Shown: positions 1 through 12,800 of the stretch, piece after piece
How positions within the stretch are numbered: the first letter of the stretch is position 1
Layout: each line of letters starts with the position of its first letter
NCBI GenBank assembly: GCA_043228905.1
Contig: JBHGNT010000005.1
Coordinates: 7,564,001 to 7,628,000 of the forward strand
Direction: 5' to 3'
DNA length: 64,000 nt
Origin: Azolla caroliniana
Lineage: Eukaryota; Plantae; Polypodiophyta
Translations under genes and position numbers: made by a program
The notes under the pieces: model-generated
Database searches by the model: none
What the model was told of the DNA's origin: nothing
Seen by the model: the letters and a program-made list of their open reading frames with translations, nothing else

Positions 1-6
1 CTAGAG

Positions 7-817
7 TTGATGAGTCAAATGGGTAAAGTGTTGGTATCTCCACATGCAAATGCTACAAATAAGTGCATATTTTGTGTGTTATGGGATACAAGTCGTAAGA
101 GGCCAGGATGGGTGCGTATGAACACACCTGGAATGAAAAGACTTTGTTTTAAATTGAAGTGGGAGACATTTGCAGGTCACTGTTTTGGATGTGATGAATG
201 GGGTCACTTTATGGCGGAATGCCATTGTCATTGTCCTTCAACTATAGAGGTTCCTAATGAAGGGAATGGTAAGGAAGGAGTTGGGAGAGATGTTGGTGTG
301 TCAGATATGGTGGTTGTTATGGATGAAGGAACATCATCTAGAGCAAGTTATAAAGAGGTTTCACTTCAAGGTTTGGGCCCTAAGAGTAAGGGAACTCAAT
401 CTATGGATATGGAAAAACAAAGTTTGGTGGTTATAGATAAGGGGGAAAAACCGTTGGATAGAACTAGTAATGATGTTGTTGTTGAAAAACGATTGGCATC
501 AGGTTAAGGGCAAGTCGAAGGGCAAATCAATGAATATGCAAAGTAATAGTTTGCCCACTACTCGTGAGACTACTTGGAAAAGTAATTCAGGAACTAGGGA
601 GGGTCCTCGAAAAGTTCCTTGGCAAAGACAATTTAGGGATAAGGGATTACCCCTTCACCTTCAATTTGATTCATTGGGATGGGTTGTAAATTCATTGAAT
701 TCTCGAGGTTTTCATCAAGCGGGAGAACCTAAACAAAAGAGTTCGATAGACAACTCTAAGGATGTGGTGCATGAAAATCCATATGCAGCATTGGAACATG
801 CATTGTTGACTGAATGA
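7..817 (+). pseudogene. LINE ORF1 remnant (CCHC zinc knuckle), frameshifted
   Basis: ORFs 7-507 and 470-817; CX2CX4HX4C motif; stop TGA 815-817 overlaps ORF2 ATG at 814. Confidence 0.8.
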
Positions 818-2502
818 AAGTGGTAACATGGAATGTGAGAGGGGCATGTTCTCCTCATAAGAAGTATATATTATGGCAAACTTTATTAAGTAAAGAATGG
901 GATATATTCTGTGCAGTTGAGCATAAGTGTCATGAGTTAGCATGATCCACAGTTCATTTGCGTGGATATTCATCATTCTATGCAGGACATCTTAATAATC
1001 ATTATTCAGGTGTGGTATTAATCGTGCGGGATAAGTATTTTCCTCAGGTGGTGCATAATGATCCTTATGGTCGGTTTTTGGTTCTAGAAATCACTTTTTT
1101 TGGTGAGGTTGTGTGGTGGTTGGGATTTATGCCCCTAACCAAGCCACTCAACGTATTGCATTATGGGGCTCACTTTGTCAAACCCTATGTGTGGGCCGTC
1201 TAGGATTACTTATGGGTGATTTTAACATGTGTGTTGATGCATCTCAATCTACGTCTGAACATTCAATCATGGATGATCCTAAGCAACTTGTTTGGGATTC
1301 ATTGGCTATGGAGGTTTTGAAGTTGGATGTTTGGACATGGTTGCATGGGAATGATCCAAGTTTTAGTTTCCAATCTGCTCAACATAGACAAACATGGAGT
1401 CGGTTAAATAGAATGTATGTGATGCACAATGATTCTTTTTTACCGACATCACTTCGTATGACAGTTTTACAAGATGTAGGAACTTCATATCACTTTCCTA
1501 TTTGTTTGGAGGTTTGTGGTCATGCAATTGACATGTATAAATCCTTACTTGGAAAGCCTCCATTATGCTTTAACTTTTCTCTTTTGCTTCAACCTCACTT
1601 TGATTCTCTCATGGAGCAAATTTTGGTAAATTTTTCACAAGAAGTGAATCTTAAAGGAGTTAAAGCATGGGATATCACATTATGAAATATTAAGATCGTT
1701 CATCGTATGTATGGAGTAACTAATGCCCAACGAAGAAGAGGTCTTCTTCTAAAATTCTCACAAGTTCTCTCTAGGTGTAATGCATTATTGATACGTGCAC
1801 CTTTAGATGAGGAGCTTTTGGATATCCAAAGTTTGCATGTTATTACTTCTCAGTTGCAATGCCAAAGTTATTGTTATGCAAAGATGCGACAATTGAGGGA
1901 CGGGCTCATAGATAATCAATGTCAATCCCATTTGTTTTTCCAAGCATTACATCCTACTTATACTCGATCTAATGTGGTACATGTGAAGCAAGGTGATGAA
2001 TGGATAGTGGATCCTACTAAAATAATTGACATATGTGTTCATTAGTTTAAGGAGTTGATTCACAATTGTTAATGACAAATGAGGTGAGTAGAGCACCTCA
2101 CGAGTTTTATGATGTGGTTGGATGTGTTGTGCATGACCTCATTAGTCATGAATTGGATGCGGATTTCACTGAGGATGAAGTGGACACAATTTTAAGGCAA
2201 CTTCCTAATGGTAAGAGCCCTGGTTGGGATGGCTTGACAAATGAAGTTTTTAAGCGATATTCACACATTTTAAAGGGGCCCTTAACTTTGATGTTTCAAC
2301 ATTCTTGGGATTCTGGTTGTATGCCTCAAGCTTGGAAGGTTGGTCTAATTAAATTAGTTCCAAAGGTGGCATCTCCAGAGTCATTTCATCAATGGAGACC
2401 TTTTTCTTTGATGGGGGGTTGTATAAGATATTTACAAAATAATTTGCCAAAGTTGATACATCTCGCCCAATATGGTTTTATTGCAGGTAGGAATATATTG
2501 CA

Positions 2503-2910
2503 TAATGTGTTTAATGTTCAAATGGCCATGGATTATGCTCAAAACACTCATCAAGAATTGATTATGGTGCAATTAGATTTGGAGAAAGCTTATGATCATG
2601 TTAATTGGTCCCTTGTTTCTGGGTTAATGCATACAATGGGCTTTGGACCTCGTATGTCTCGCCTCATATTTTTATTAGGACAAGATGCGGTGTCTCAAGT
2701 CATGCTTAATGTGTTTAATGTTCAAATGGCCATGGATTATGCTCAAAACACTCATCAAGAATTGATTATGGTGCAATTAGATTTGGAGAAAGCTTATGAT
2801 CATGTTAATTGGTCCCTTGTTTCTGGGTTAATGCATACAATGGGCTTTGGACCTCGTATGTCTCGCCTCATATTTTTATTAGGACAAGATGCGGTGTCTC
2901 GAGTCATGCT
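2503..2910 (+). repeat. 204-bp in-frame tandem duplication inside LINE RT
   Basis: Copies 2503-2706 and 2707-2910 (68 aa NVFNVQMAM...VML), one substitution seen, taatg junction microhomology. Confidence 0.95.
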
Positions 2911-2931
2911 TAATGGAGGAGTTACATCAGA

Positions 2932-3304
2932 CATAGTTCCTAATATTCACGCATGTCCAATTTACTGGACGTACGCGAACGTTTGCAAACGTATGCGTAT
3001 GATACACGATATTCGTTTGGCTTCTTCTTCTTTTTTGGGTTTTTTAAATTTTTTATATTCATAATTCTTTGTGAATAGAAGTGACGTCTGACACACACAC
3101 CCCCTCTCTCTCACACACACGAGAACTGACATATCTTCTCTCTCTACAAAATCTAGATATCTAATATACATATTACACACTCCCTCACACATACAAAACC
3201 CATATCTCCTCTCTCTCTCGCTCTCTCTCTAGAGTCTAGATATACACTCAACCACTGTCTCCTCACACATGCAAAACAAGGCTTCTCTCTGTAGACCACA
3301 CACA

Positions 3305-3349
<45 letters not shown>

Positions 3350-3482
3350 TATGTACACGATATGTATATATCTATGTACCGTGTATGGATTTCAATCATA
3401 CTTGGAGCCTTTTCACATATGAGTATGATACGAATATTGGCGTTTGAGTATGACACGAATGAGACGTATGGCTAGAACTATG
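2932..3482. mobile_element. Non-autonomous hAT-like element (MITE) inserted in LINE RT
   Basis: TIR CATAGTTC...GAACTATG; 8-bp TSD acatcaga/acatcaaa; removing it restores NGGVTS(D/N)IALTRSIRQGCP; internal CT/CA microsatellites. Confidence 0.85.
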
Positions 3483-5264
3483 ACATCAAATATTGCCCTT
3501 ACAAGATCCATTCGTCAAGGATGCCCTATTAGCCCGTTGTTCGCTATTGTTACTCATCCCTTATTAGTGATGCTATCAAGGCTTACAACAAATGGTGATA
3601 TTGTGGGTCTACACCTTCCGTCTGGAGGGCAACTAGTTGCACAAGCTTTGGCCAATGATTCTTTCATGTTTCTACAAGCCTCACGAGAGAATCTTGAGAA
3701 GGGGATGCTTGTATGGAACCAATTTGCATTGGCTTCCGGATTACATATTAATTGGAGGAAGTCTAGTCTCATATCATGTACTGAAATGGATTTGGAATGT
3801 TTAGGATGGCAAGGATCCGTGGTGAAGAAAGGCTCTATTTTTCGACACTTGGGCTATCCATTAGGAATGAATGTTACAAATGGTCAATTGATTGAATGGA
3901 TGTCTAGTAAGTTGAGGGATAGGTTCATGTATTGGAAATCACAATCTTGGCCATTTCATGTACGTTTGAAGGTTGTACAATGTATTATGGAACCTATGAT
4001 ATTATATTACTTGCCATTGCTGCCGTGGACAAAGAAGGCTTTGCATTCTATTTTGCAATCTCTTCGATATTTGTTGTGGAAGAAAAGGGATAAGATGGGA
4101 ATCACTTAGGTTGCATGGAATCATCTAGCAACTCCTAAGCGCTTGGGGGGAGCTGGAGCATTGAACTTATCTAAGCATATGATAACTCGTAGATTTTCAT
4201 TATTACAAGACATGTGTTCAAACTCACAACCATGGATATCTGTTGTTCAATATTTCATTGCGAACAAGGGTTTAACACATGGGAGGACAACAATTAAGGC
4301 TTCATGGTGGCAATTACTAAATGGATGTATTTCACTTAGGATTCCGGGCTCTACATGTGTTCAACACTTGGTTACCTCATGGCAAGAAGCACTCTTGTTA
4401 TGTGTATGGAAACCATCATCTAGTAGAGAGCATTGTAAATGTTTGCAAAAATAGTTACTTGTGTCTTCTCGGTTATTATGTTGGCCAGGAAAGGAGAGAT
4501 TACGCTCTCAATTTAATCGTTTGTTTCGTTTGGGGGTCAAAGAGGTGGGAGATATAGTTGAGGCTCCATCTCAAAGAATTTTGGAGTTTTTTGAAACACG
4601 GAACTTATTACGCATTCCGCCTAATTATGGGTTTATTTGGCAACAACTACGAAATATTCCATTGATGCAAGGTCCCTTACCTCTACAAACTGGAGAACAA
4701 CCATGGATTGATTGGTGTTTAAAGGGTCAAACATCGTTGTTACAAGTGACTACTAATCTTTTGTATCATTGCTCTGTTGAGTCTCTTGGATGGTTATCAT
4801 CTAAGGCTGAAGAAGAATGGAGATTACACAAATCTGATCATGGGTGGTGGCAAATCTTACAACGTAGTTGGCATTCTAAATTGCCACTTGTAGCAAAGGT
4901 CTTCATTTGGAGAGTTTTGATTGGAGGATTGCATTTGGGATTAGCTCCAAAGCGTCATGGACTAGAAATGGGTAATTGCTTTGCACTATTCAAATGGAAG
5001 ATAGTACTCATCGATTTATACAATGCCCACTTGCTTATCAGATTTGGAGTTACATTTCTCAAATTTGGCAAGTTTTATCACAATGTAATTTGACACCTAG
5101 ACAGTGGGTGTTTGCACAATTTACACAAGTGGACCCAAAGTCAGAGATGGAGATTGTTTTTCTATTTTTGAGATATTAGGGATTGCGTCATAATTGGAAT
5201 ATGCGCAACGCTTTTGTATTCGATGGTAAACATGGAGTGAAAGCATATCTACGAAAGTTGAAGA

Positions 5265-5835
5265 TAGTTGGTTCAGGCTGGTCTTTAGCTTTGGATGGTC
5301 GGCTCACTCTTGTGTTGGCCGTTTGCAGGTGTATGTTGAGGTGTTGCAGGTTGATGTCTCCGGCCAGGACACCTTCTCAGATGAAGTGATAGTGTGCCTG
5401 AATGTGCTTGTTCTAAGCGTGAAAGGCTGGGTTGCAGTCGAGGTGGATACTGCTCATGTTGTCGTAGGGGAGGAGAATCAGATTCCTGATGGGAACGCCC
5501 AGATCCTTCAAGATTCATTTCAGCCAAATGGCTTCGCATGTTGCAACGGTTGCGCCCCCGTATTCTGCTTCCGTGTTCAACATTGCGACTGTCGGTTGCT
5601 TCTTACTACACGTGATCGTCTATTGGCTTTGTAGCCAGCCCAGTCGGCATCGGTGTACCCTTCGAGTCGTCAAATTGGTGTGGCGGAATTGTCGAGGATG
5701 TCGTAATCCATGGTTCCATTTATATACCTTAGTACTTGCTTAGCACAATCAACGTGAATGTCATGCGGAGTCTGCGTGAACTGGCTAAGGAGGCCGACCG
5801 GATAACTGAGGTTGGGTCTGGTGATGGTTAGATAC
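5265..5835 (-). mobile_element. Ty1/Copia RT-end/RNase H fragment
   Basis: Minus strand gives YLTITRPNLSYPVGLLSQF, LRYINGTMDYDIL, LEGYTDADWAG. Confidence 0.85.
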
Positions 5836-6263
5836 TGTAAAGAATCGATGGTGATTCTTGTGCAGTGGAATAAATGTGCGTTATGTGCGTATATATGTCA
5901 GAGAAAAAGAGAGGAGAGAAAAGAGAACTCAAGATAGATAAATGGGAGAAAAATAGAATACTCAAGAAGAAGGTGCATATTTCACATGTAGAATAAGATT
6001 TACAAAATGTAGCATAACAAGGAGTCACAACCGACTTAGTATGAAGTAGGAGAAGGGTGCTTTATATATAGTCACCCTCTCTCTTCATTAACTAACTACA
6101 ACAACCACTCTCTCTTGGGGAATGTGAAGACTCATAGTCATGGGGAATAGGTAACTCATTAGTTATGTGTAGAGAGTAGTGGTGTGACTCTTGACCTTTG
6201 AGTAATTATAGACTCTCAAAAGGTGTGTTCACATGTGCCCTATGTTGAGCTTGATTCTCAACA
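5836..6263 (-). mobile_element. Isolated Copia-type LTR with non-matching flanks
   Basis: TG...CA ends; terminus tgttgagcttgattctcaaca is nearly identical to the Copia LTR end at 10063-10083; flanks gatac / ccaac differ. Confidence 0.7.
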
Positions 6264-6788
6264 CCAACAAATCACATCGTCGATTAGGAACTGACAAACC
6301 GCAGTAGTTGTCTTGGTCGTTAAGGCCTGACCCTCAACCTGGTTCGTCAGATCTTCTCTTGCAAGCACCGGGCACCTCGTCTGACCTGCCCCCATCGGCA
6401 TTGTCACTAAGTCGACCATCCACTTGAAGTGTATGGTTGGCGGGTAGGTCAGGAGTAACTCGTCTCGGTGTTGGATTCTTGAATGCATGTGACAACTTTC
6501 TCACGTCGTCACGAAGTGATGCACATCGTGATACATCCCCGGCCACCAATACTTCTATTTTAGCTTATTGAACATTGCCCACGTTCCTCGGTATCCAGAC
6601 CAAGGGCTCTCGTGGAATTCCGACACAAGCATCGATTGTGTGCTCTCCCTCGTCACCAGCCGGAGTGGTGCACCAGTCCGTTTCTTCGGGTGCCTCTATA
6701 TTTTACCGTTCTGGAGGAAGAACTTGTAGGCCTTCTTCCGAATTCAACTCGCCTCTTCCTTTGTCCATGTTGCGTTTGGCGTCAACGT

Positions 6789-7680
6789 TGTCGTGCCTTT
6801 CGGCTCCGAATCGTTGCGTGAGTCGGGTGGGAACCGCTGAGGTTTTGTACTAGGAGAAAGAAGAATATGAGATAAGGCTCCTTATGAATCGATTGCAAGA
6901 AAGAGAAATATTTGAAAGAAGATATGAACCTCATGAATCCCACGAGTATAGTGTATTAATTGATACTTAGAATGTAAGAGAGAAATAGATGGAAAAAAAA
7001 TCGTGAATCCCACAAATATATTAGATTGATCAAAATCCTTGTAAAATAATCAACAACCTCTATACATCTTTCTCTCTTCCTTATGTAGTGTTGGAAGATT
7101 CTAAGTTTATCACATGCAAGCATCATGCTTTTCCTATCTTTAGTTTTCATGCACACTGCATGTGCATGATTAGCTTTCTATCTCATATTTTCTTTTAACT
7201 CGAGTGTCTATGCATGAATAACTTTTTGTACCATGCATGTCTAGAAATTTTACATGGGATAAAGTTTAGTATAACTTTAAAATTCATAATACGCTAGTAT
7301 AATGATAAGGCTTAACATTATTAACATGGAGGTGCAAGGTTCGAATCTTGCCCTATGCATGTAATATATAATTTTATACTTTCTTCTATTTACAAATATG
7401 TCTCTTCATCTAGTGAGAGACTCTCATCGGCCTTCTTCATCCGACTCTTGCCGGTTCTACTTCATCCGGTTCTCGCCGGTTTTCTTTATCCGGTTCTTAC
7501 CGGATCCTTCTTACCGGTCCTCTTCGTCCGTTTCTCACCGACTCTCACCGGCCTTCTTCATCCGGCTCTTCCCGGTCTCCTTACCGGTTCTTCCTTCCAG
7601 TTCTCACTGGGTACTCCATATCCTATCCGGAGAAACCAAAAATGTAATTTTTCACGTAGTGTGCGAATTACACTACGACA
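6789..7680 (-). mobile_element. Solo LTR of the gag-only TGTCGT...ACGACA family
   Basis: Minus strand starts tgtcgtagtg, ends ggcacgaca, like LTRs 23824-24506 and 26339-27082; ACGT at 6785-6788 and 7681-7684; host Gypsy frame GKFLST|LTPN is continuous across it. Confidence 0.92.
7293..7359 (+). promoter_or_regulatory. tRNA-like Pol III A/B-box cassette in solo LTR (antisense to element)
   Basis: A box tagtataatga 7295-7305, B box ggttcgaatct 7338-7348, T-runs downstream. Confidence 0.65.
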
Positions 7681-8083
7681 ACGTACTTAGGAACTTACCG
7701 ATCTGGAGCCACTCCCCGTCGTAGTCATTCTCGTCGAACTCGTTTAGGGTCGGAGTGCTCCATCTATTTGCTGTCATTCGAGCCGACTCGAAGAAGTCCA
7801 CGCCGACCTCTTCGTTATCCGAAACCATGTCGTCCTCATCATCGAACCGCGTTCTCGAAAGCATATCGGCCATGGTGTTGTCCTTTCCAAAGATATGTCG
7901 CATCTCCGGATTCAAGGACTTTATGTATGCGATCCACCTGAGCATCGCCAGGTCCGAAGTCGCACATCCGGAAACCATACCGAGAATCGGCAAGCAATCT
8001 GTCTCAATTATTACTTCCGCCCCTATTCAATAGCCTTTGTTGGCCTTAACCGCCGAAACAACACCCTAGAGCTCGCGTTTAAC

Positions 8084-8523
8084 TTGGGCATATCCTCGTT
8101 GTCACTCGCTTAGTACCGTTGCGCCGAACCGGATGGGGAACCTCGTGTCAGCCTCGTCCTCCTGATTGATCACGCATCTGATTCCGATCGGGCTTGTGTC
8201 CACCGTCACGAAAACCAGAGTGTCCTTCTTGTACATTGCTTTCCGGAGAGCCGGTGTCGCCATTAGCTTTTCCTTCAGTGTCCAGACCGCCTCTGTGTGC
8301 TCGTTGGGCATATCCTCGTTGTCACTCGCTTAGTACCGTTGCGCCGAACCGGATGGGGAACCTCGTGTCGGCCTCGTCCTCCTGATTGATCACGCATCTG
8401 ATTCCGATCGGGCTTGTGTCCACCGTCACGAAAACTGGAGTGTCCTTCTTGTACATTGCTTTCCGGAGAGCCGGTGTCGCCATTAGCTTTTCCTTCAGTG
8501 TCCAGACCGCCTCTGTGTGCTCG
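8084..8523. repeat. 220-bp tandem duplication in Gypsy RT/RNase H linker
   Basis: Copies 8084-8303 and 8304-8523, few substitutions, ttg junction microhomology. Confidence 0.95.
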
Positions 8524-9192
8524 TTGTTCCATTTGAATTGTTGGTCTTTCTTCAGAAAGCCATAGAGCAGCTCGGCGCTATGCGTGTAGTGTGGAATCCA
8601 AATGTGGTAGAAGGCGCACACCCCTAGGAATCATCAGACTTCCGTGTCCGACTGACACTCTTCCTTCATCGCCGAGATGGCCTTTACCTTCGCCGGAGAC
8701 AGTCTCCGGGTGTATGGCCCGCACAGGTGACCGACTACCATGATCTCTGATTGTTTGAATGTTGACTTCTCCCTCGAGAAGGTAAGTCGAGCGCCCTCAA
8801 GCCTATGCAATATCTTCTCGCAGTTGGATATGTGGTCCGCGACAAATCCTCGACATCCGTCCACCCCGATCGACTCGTCCTTTGCGCCCTCCGAACATCC
8901 CTTGATTTGGATGTCGTCCAAAAATGGCATGGTGATGTCTGGGATGCAATCCTTTGGCACCTTGTTCATCGCATTCATCATGTGCACCACCGAATTGGTT
9001 CCCCCTTGCGGTAGGGTACACATCCGAACTAGGCTGAGAGGGGTTTGTATCGTCGTGATGTCTACTCTCCACAGCTAGCTGGAACTGGTCATGCCCGGAG
9101 TATAAGTCGTCGACCAAGGTGATAGACCTTCTGGCAAAGGCCTCCGCAAACTCATCGATCATTGAACCGACTCCTGCATTTCGAATGGTGAG

Positions 9193-9454
9193 AATATTTC
9201 ATTATTTAGAATTTTTTAGCTGTTCCTAAAATGTGAGAATAAGGTGTAAAAATGAAAAGATTGTTTAAAAACAAAATTTAATATTTTTTAATGAAAATTT
9301 AAAAAAATAAAAAATAAAAACAATTAAACCGTTTAAACCGCGGTTTTTTATTGTTGAAACCAAACCGAAACCGAACCAAACCGAACCGTTGAAACCGTTA
9401 AACCGCAGTTCCGCGGTTCGGTTCGGTTCAAATCGAACCGTTTCCCGATTGTTA
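9193..9454 (-). mobile_element. Truncated hAT MITE, same family as 53330-53737, opposite orientation
   Basis: Ends in TIR cccgattgtta; aaaccg/ggttcg subterminal repeats; interior matches the reverse complement of ~53330-53545; other end lost. Confidence 0.8.
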
Positions 9455-9809
9455 GCGTCTCGCCATTAACCGGTGCCCTATGCTAGCCGGATCTCATGAA
9501 CTCGGGTCCATCGCCACCCCTTTCATCTATTCCCAGTTGTCTTCCGTCAAGGGAGCCGCGACTTGCTTCACCTTCCAGTCCACAGTTTTGTACTTGGTGT
9601 CTACTCGGGCGGTCCGATCCGACCCCGTCATCTTCCCAAAGTCCGTGATGACTTCATACATCTCAACGGAATTTATCGGAACAACCGGGTCTTCGCTAAG
9701 ATCCTCCTCGACATCCTCTTGATCTCCTCGAGGGTGTTGTCGAATGAGGCCGCCTCCACGATGCCGCTAATCGAGTCGTCAGGGTCTAAGGCTTCCATTT
9801 TCAACAACC

Positions 9810-12800
9810 ATCTCTCTTTCAATTTAGGGCTTTAGCTACCATCCCTCTCGTCAGTTTTCTATTTTCTTCTTACTTCACTCTCCTACTCACTCGTACTTTT
9901 TTTACCTAAGTATATAAGTGACTTACATATTCAGCTAATTAGTTGTGAGTAGCTAAATAGTTGTGAACAACTAAATAGCTATTTTACCTATATGTCTAAT
10001 AGTGCTAATTTCCTAATAGCTACTATAGAAGATTTGAGTTACTAATAAGCATCACATGCTTTTGTTGAGCTTGATTCTTAACACTCCCCCTCAAGCTCAA
10101 CTTATCCATTCTTGAGATCATCTTCAGTCTTCTTTCCTTCATGCTTTCCAGATATTATACCAATGCTTATAACTCCCATCATGTCTCTAAACTGTGTATG
10201 TTTTTCCATGCTCAATCGCTTCGTAAGAATATCATCCACTTGCTTAATTGTACTTACATACAACAGATCCACTTCTCCATCAATCACTTATTCTCTAACA
10301 AAGTGATAATGCACTTCAATGTGCTTTATTCTTGCATGGAACACTAGGTTTTTTGCCAACTGAATATTGCTCATATTGTCACACCAAATTGTGACTGCAC
10401 CATCTATATACTCTCTGAAATTAGCAAGCAATCTTCTGATTTGTACTTCTTCACAAGTGGCTATTGTAACTCCTCTATATTCAGCTTCAGTACTTGATAA
10501 TGCAACAATAGCTTGTTTCTTGCTACTCCATGAAATAGTTGCACTTCCCAATGTAAACATATATCCACTCGTCGATCTTCTATCAGTTTGGCGTCCAGTC
10601 CAATCAACATCTGTATATCCTTCCAACTTTATGTCCAGATCAACCCTGTAAAACAATCCATGGTTTTGAGTAGCTTTTACATACCCTCAAAATTCTTCTA
10701 ATGCAATCCAAATGTGGCTTTGTTGGCTGTTGCATAAATTGGCTAACTAATCCAAGTGCATAACTAAAATTAGTCTTATTATAGTCTAGTATATGAGGTT
10801 GCCCACCATAGACATGTACATGTTCACATCTGCTATTTTTACTCCCAAATCAGCTCTCAATTTGCAGTTCTTATCCAATGGTACATCAATAGGTTTGCAT
10901 CCAAGCATTCCATACTTTTTCAGCACAATTGTAACATATTGTTTTTGCAACATATATATACCACTTTCAAATCTGATTATCTCAATACCAAGAACGTATT
11001 TCAGCTCTCTCAAGTCCTTCATATGAAATTGCATTTCCAGATTTTTCTTCAAGTTGCTTATTTCATCCATTGAATCACCTCCAATGATTAAATCATCTAC
11101 ATAAATCAAAATAACAACAATGCAGTCATTTATCCATTTTAGATACAATGATGGATCAGCCTTTGACATTGTGAAAGCAATTTTTTTTAGAGATTCTGAA
11201 AGTTCTTTGTACCATGCTCTCGGTACTTGTTTCAGCCCATAGAGAGCCTTTTTCAGCTTACAAACATATTCTGGATGCTTCTTATCTTCAAAACCTGGTG
11301 GTTGACACATGTATACTTCCTCTTCTAAGTTACCATGTAAAAAACATTTTTTACATCCATATGGCTTTTGGCTACACTTACAACAAGTAGTGTCCTCAAG
11401 GTTGTCATTTTTGCAACCGGTGCAAATGTCTCATCATAATCAATTCCTTGCATTTGGGCATATCTCTTTGCAACAAGTCTTCCTTTATGTCTACTTACAT
11501 TCCCATTGGAATCATGCTTTGTTTTGTAGACCCATTTGCAACCTACAACATTTTTTCCTTTTGGAAACTTTACCAAATCCCATGTTTTATTTTTAGCCAA
11601 TGCATCCATTTCTTCTTGCATTGCATTCACCCATTTCCTCTCAGCTTTTGCTTCATCAAAACTATTTGGATAAGGGATCTATACCACTTTAGACATATAT
11701 GCATAATGCATAGTCATGTATGTATCATAACCATATCTTTCAACAATTTTTTTCTCTCTATCTAATCTTCTCAGTTTTTTATTTGCATCTTTCATTGCTT
11801 TTTCAATACCATGGATTTTCAAGACTTGTGTACCCAACTCATCATCTAATGATACATCTGAATCTACATCTTCCATGTTTCTAGATCCATCATCAAGCAT
11901 TTCATATTCTAGCATCTTCTGTTTTCCCTTTTTATTATCATAGATTTTATGTCTTAGATTTTTTCCACTCCAAGCATTTGAATAAGATTTACTACCTGAG
12001 TTTTCAAATGGTCTAGTACATGCTATTGATGTTGAACTTTGTTGTCCAATCTTATTTCCATTTCCATGGCAATCTCTTTCATTTTCAGATTTATCTCTGT
12101 CTTCATTTTCATTGTCTTCATCTGTTTCTACATTTTGTTTTAGGTTGTACCAACTGCCCAACTCATCAAATATCACATCACGACTTACTACAATCTTTTT
12201 TGTCAACGGGTTATAGCATCTATACCCTTTTTGCTCCTCTGAATATCCCACAAAAATACATTTTTCAGCTTTTGGATCAAGCTTACTTCTTACTTCAACG
12301 GGTACATGAACATAAGCAATGCATCCAAACACTTTTAAGTGTTCCAGACTAGGTTTCCTATCATATAAACATTCTTTAGGAGTCACTACATGTATTCCAA
12401 ATGTTATGCATCTATTTAGTAGTTTGTTGTGTTTACAGCTTCAACCCAGTAATACAATGGCATATTTTTTTCAGTCATCAAAGCTCTTGCTATGTTTACT
12501 AATGTTCTGTTTTTTCTCTCAACCACTCCATTTTGTTGTGAAGTATATCTACATGTGAATTTTCTTCTTATTCCTTGATTGCATAGAAAATCGGAAAATT
12601 CATTTGAGAAATATTCTCCTCCATCAAACCTTAAGCATTTTATCCTAGTCCCAACTTGCTTTTCTACCATGCATTTGAACATACGAAAGCAATCAAATAC
12701 TTCACTCTTCTCTTTCATGAAGTAAACCCATGTTTTCCTTGAGCAATCATCAATGAATGTTACATAAAACTTGCAGCCACCAATTGAGGCATTTTTTGTT

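Larger units (their letters stand above)
814..5260 (+). pseudogene. LINE ORF2 remnant (APE endonuclease-RT-zf-RVT)
   Basis: Starts atgaaagtggtaacatggaatgtgaga (MKVVTWNVR); domain fragments in ORFs 958-1685, 2066-2931, 3483-4109, 4143-5179. Confidence 0.9.
1..5264 (+). mobile_element. Decayed L1-clade LINE retrotransposon (ORF1+ORF2), 3' end truncated by a Copia fragment
   Basis: ORF1 zinc knuckle CFGCDEWGHFMAEC; ORF2 endonuclease (MKVVTWNVRG, GDFN, YHFPI), RT (KSPGWDG, LDLEKAYDHV, RQGCPISP) and C-terminal zf-RVT-like motif (~4975-5027); many frameshifts/stops. Confidence 0.95.
6264..9800 (-). mobile_element. GC-rich non-chromovirus Ty3/Gypsy pol fragment (RT-RNase H-integrase), interrupted by a solo LTR and a MITE
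   Basis: DLYSGHDQFQL, MCTLPQGGTNS, FLDDI, VTVDTSPIGI, KDNTMADMLSR, FKWMVDLVTMP; order RT-RH-INT. Confidence 0.9.
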
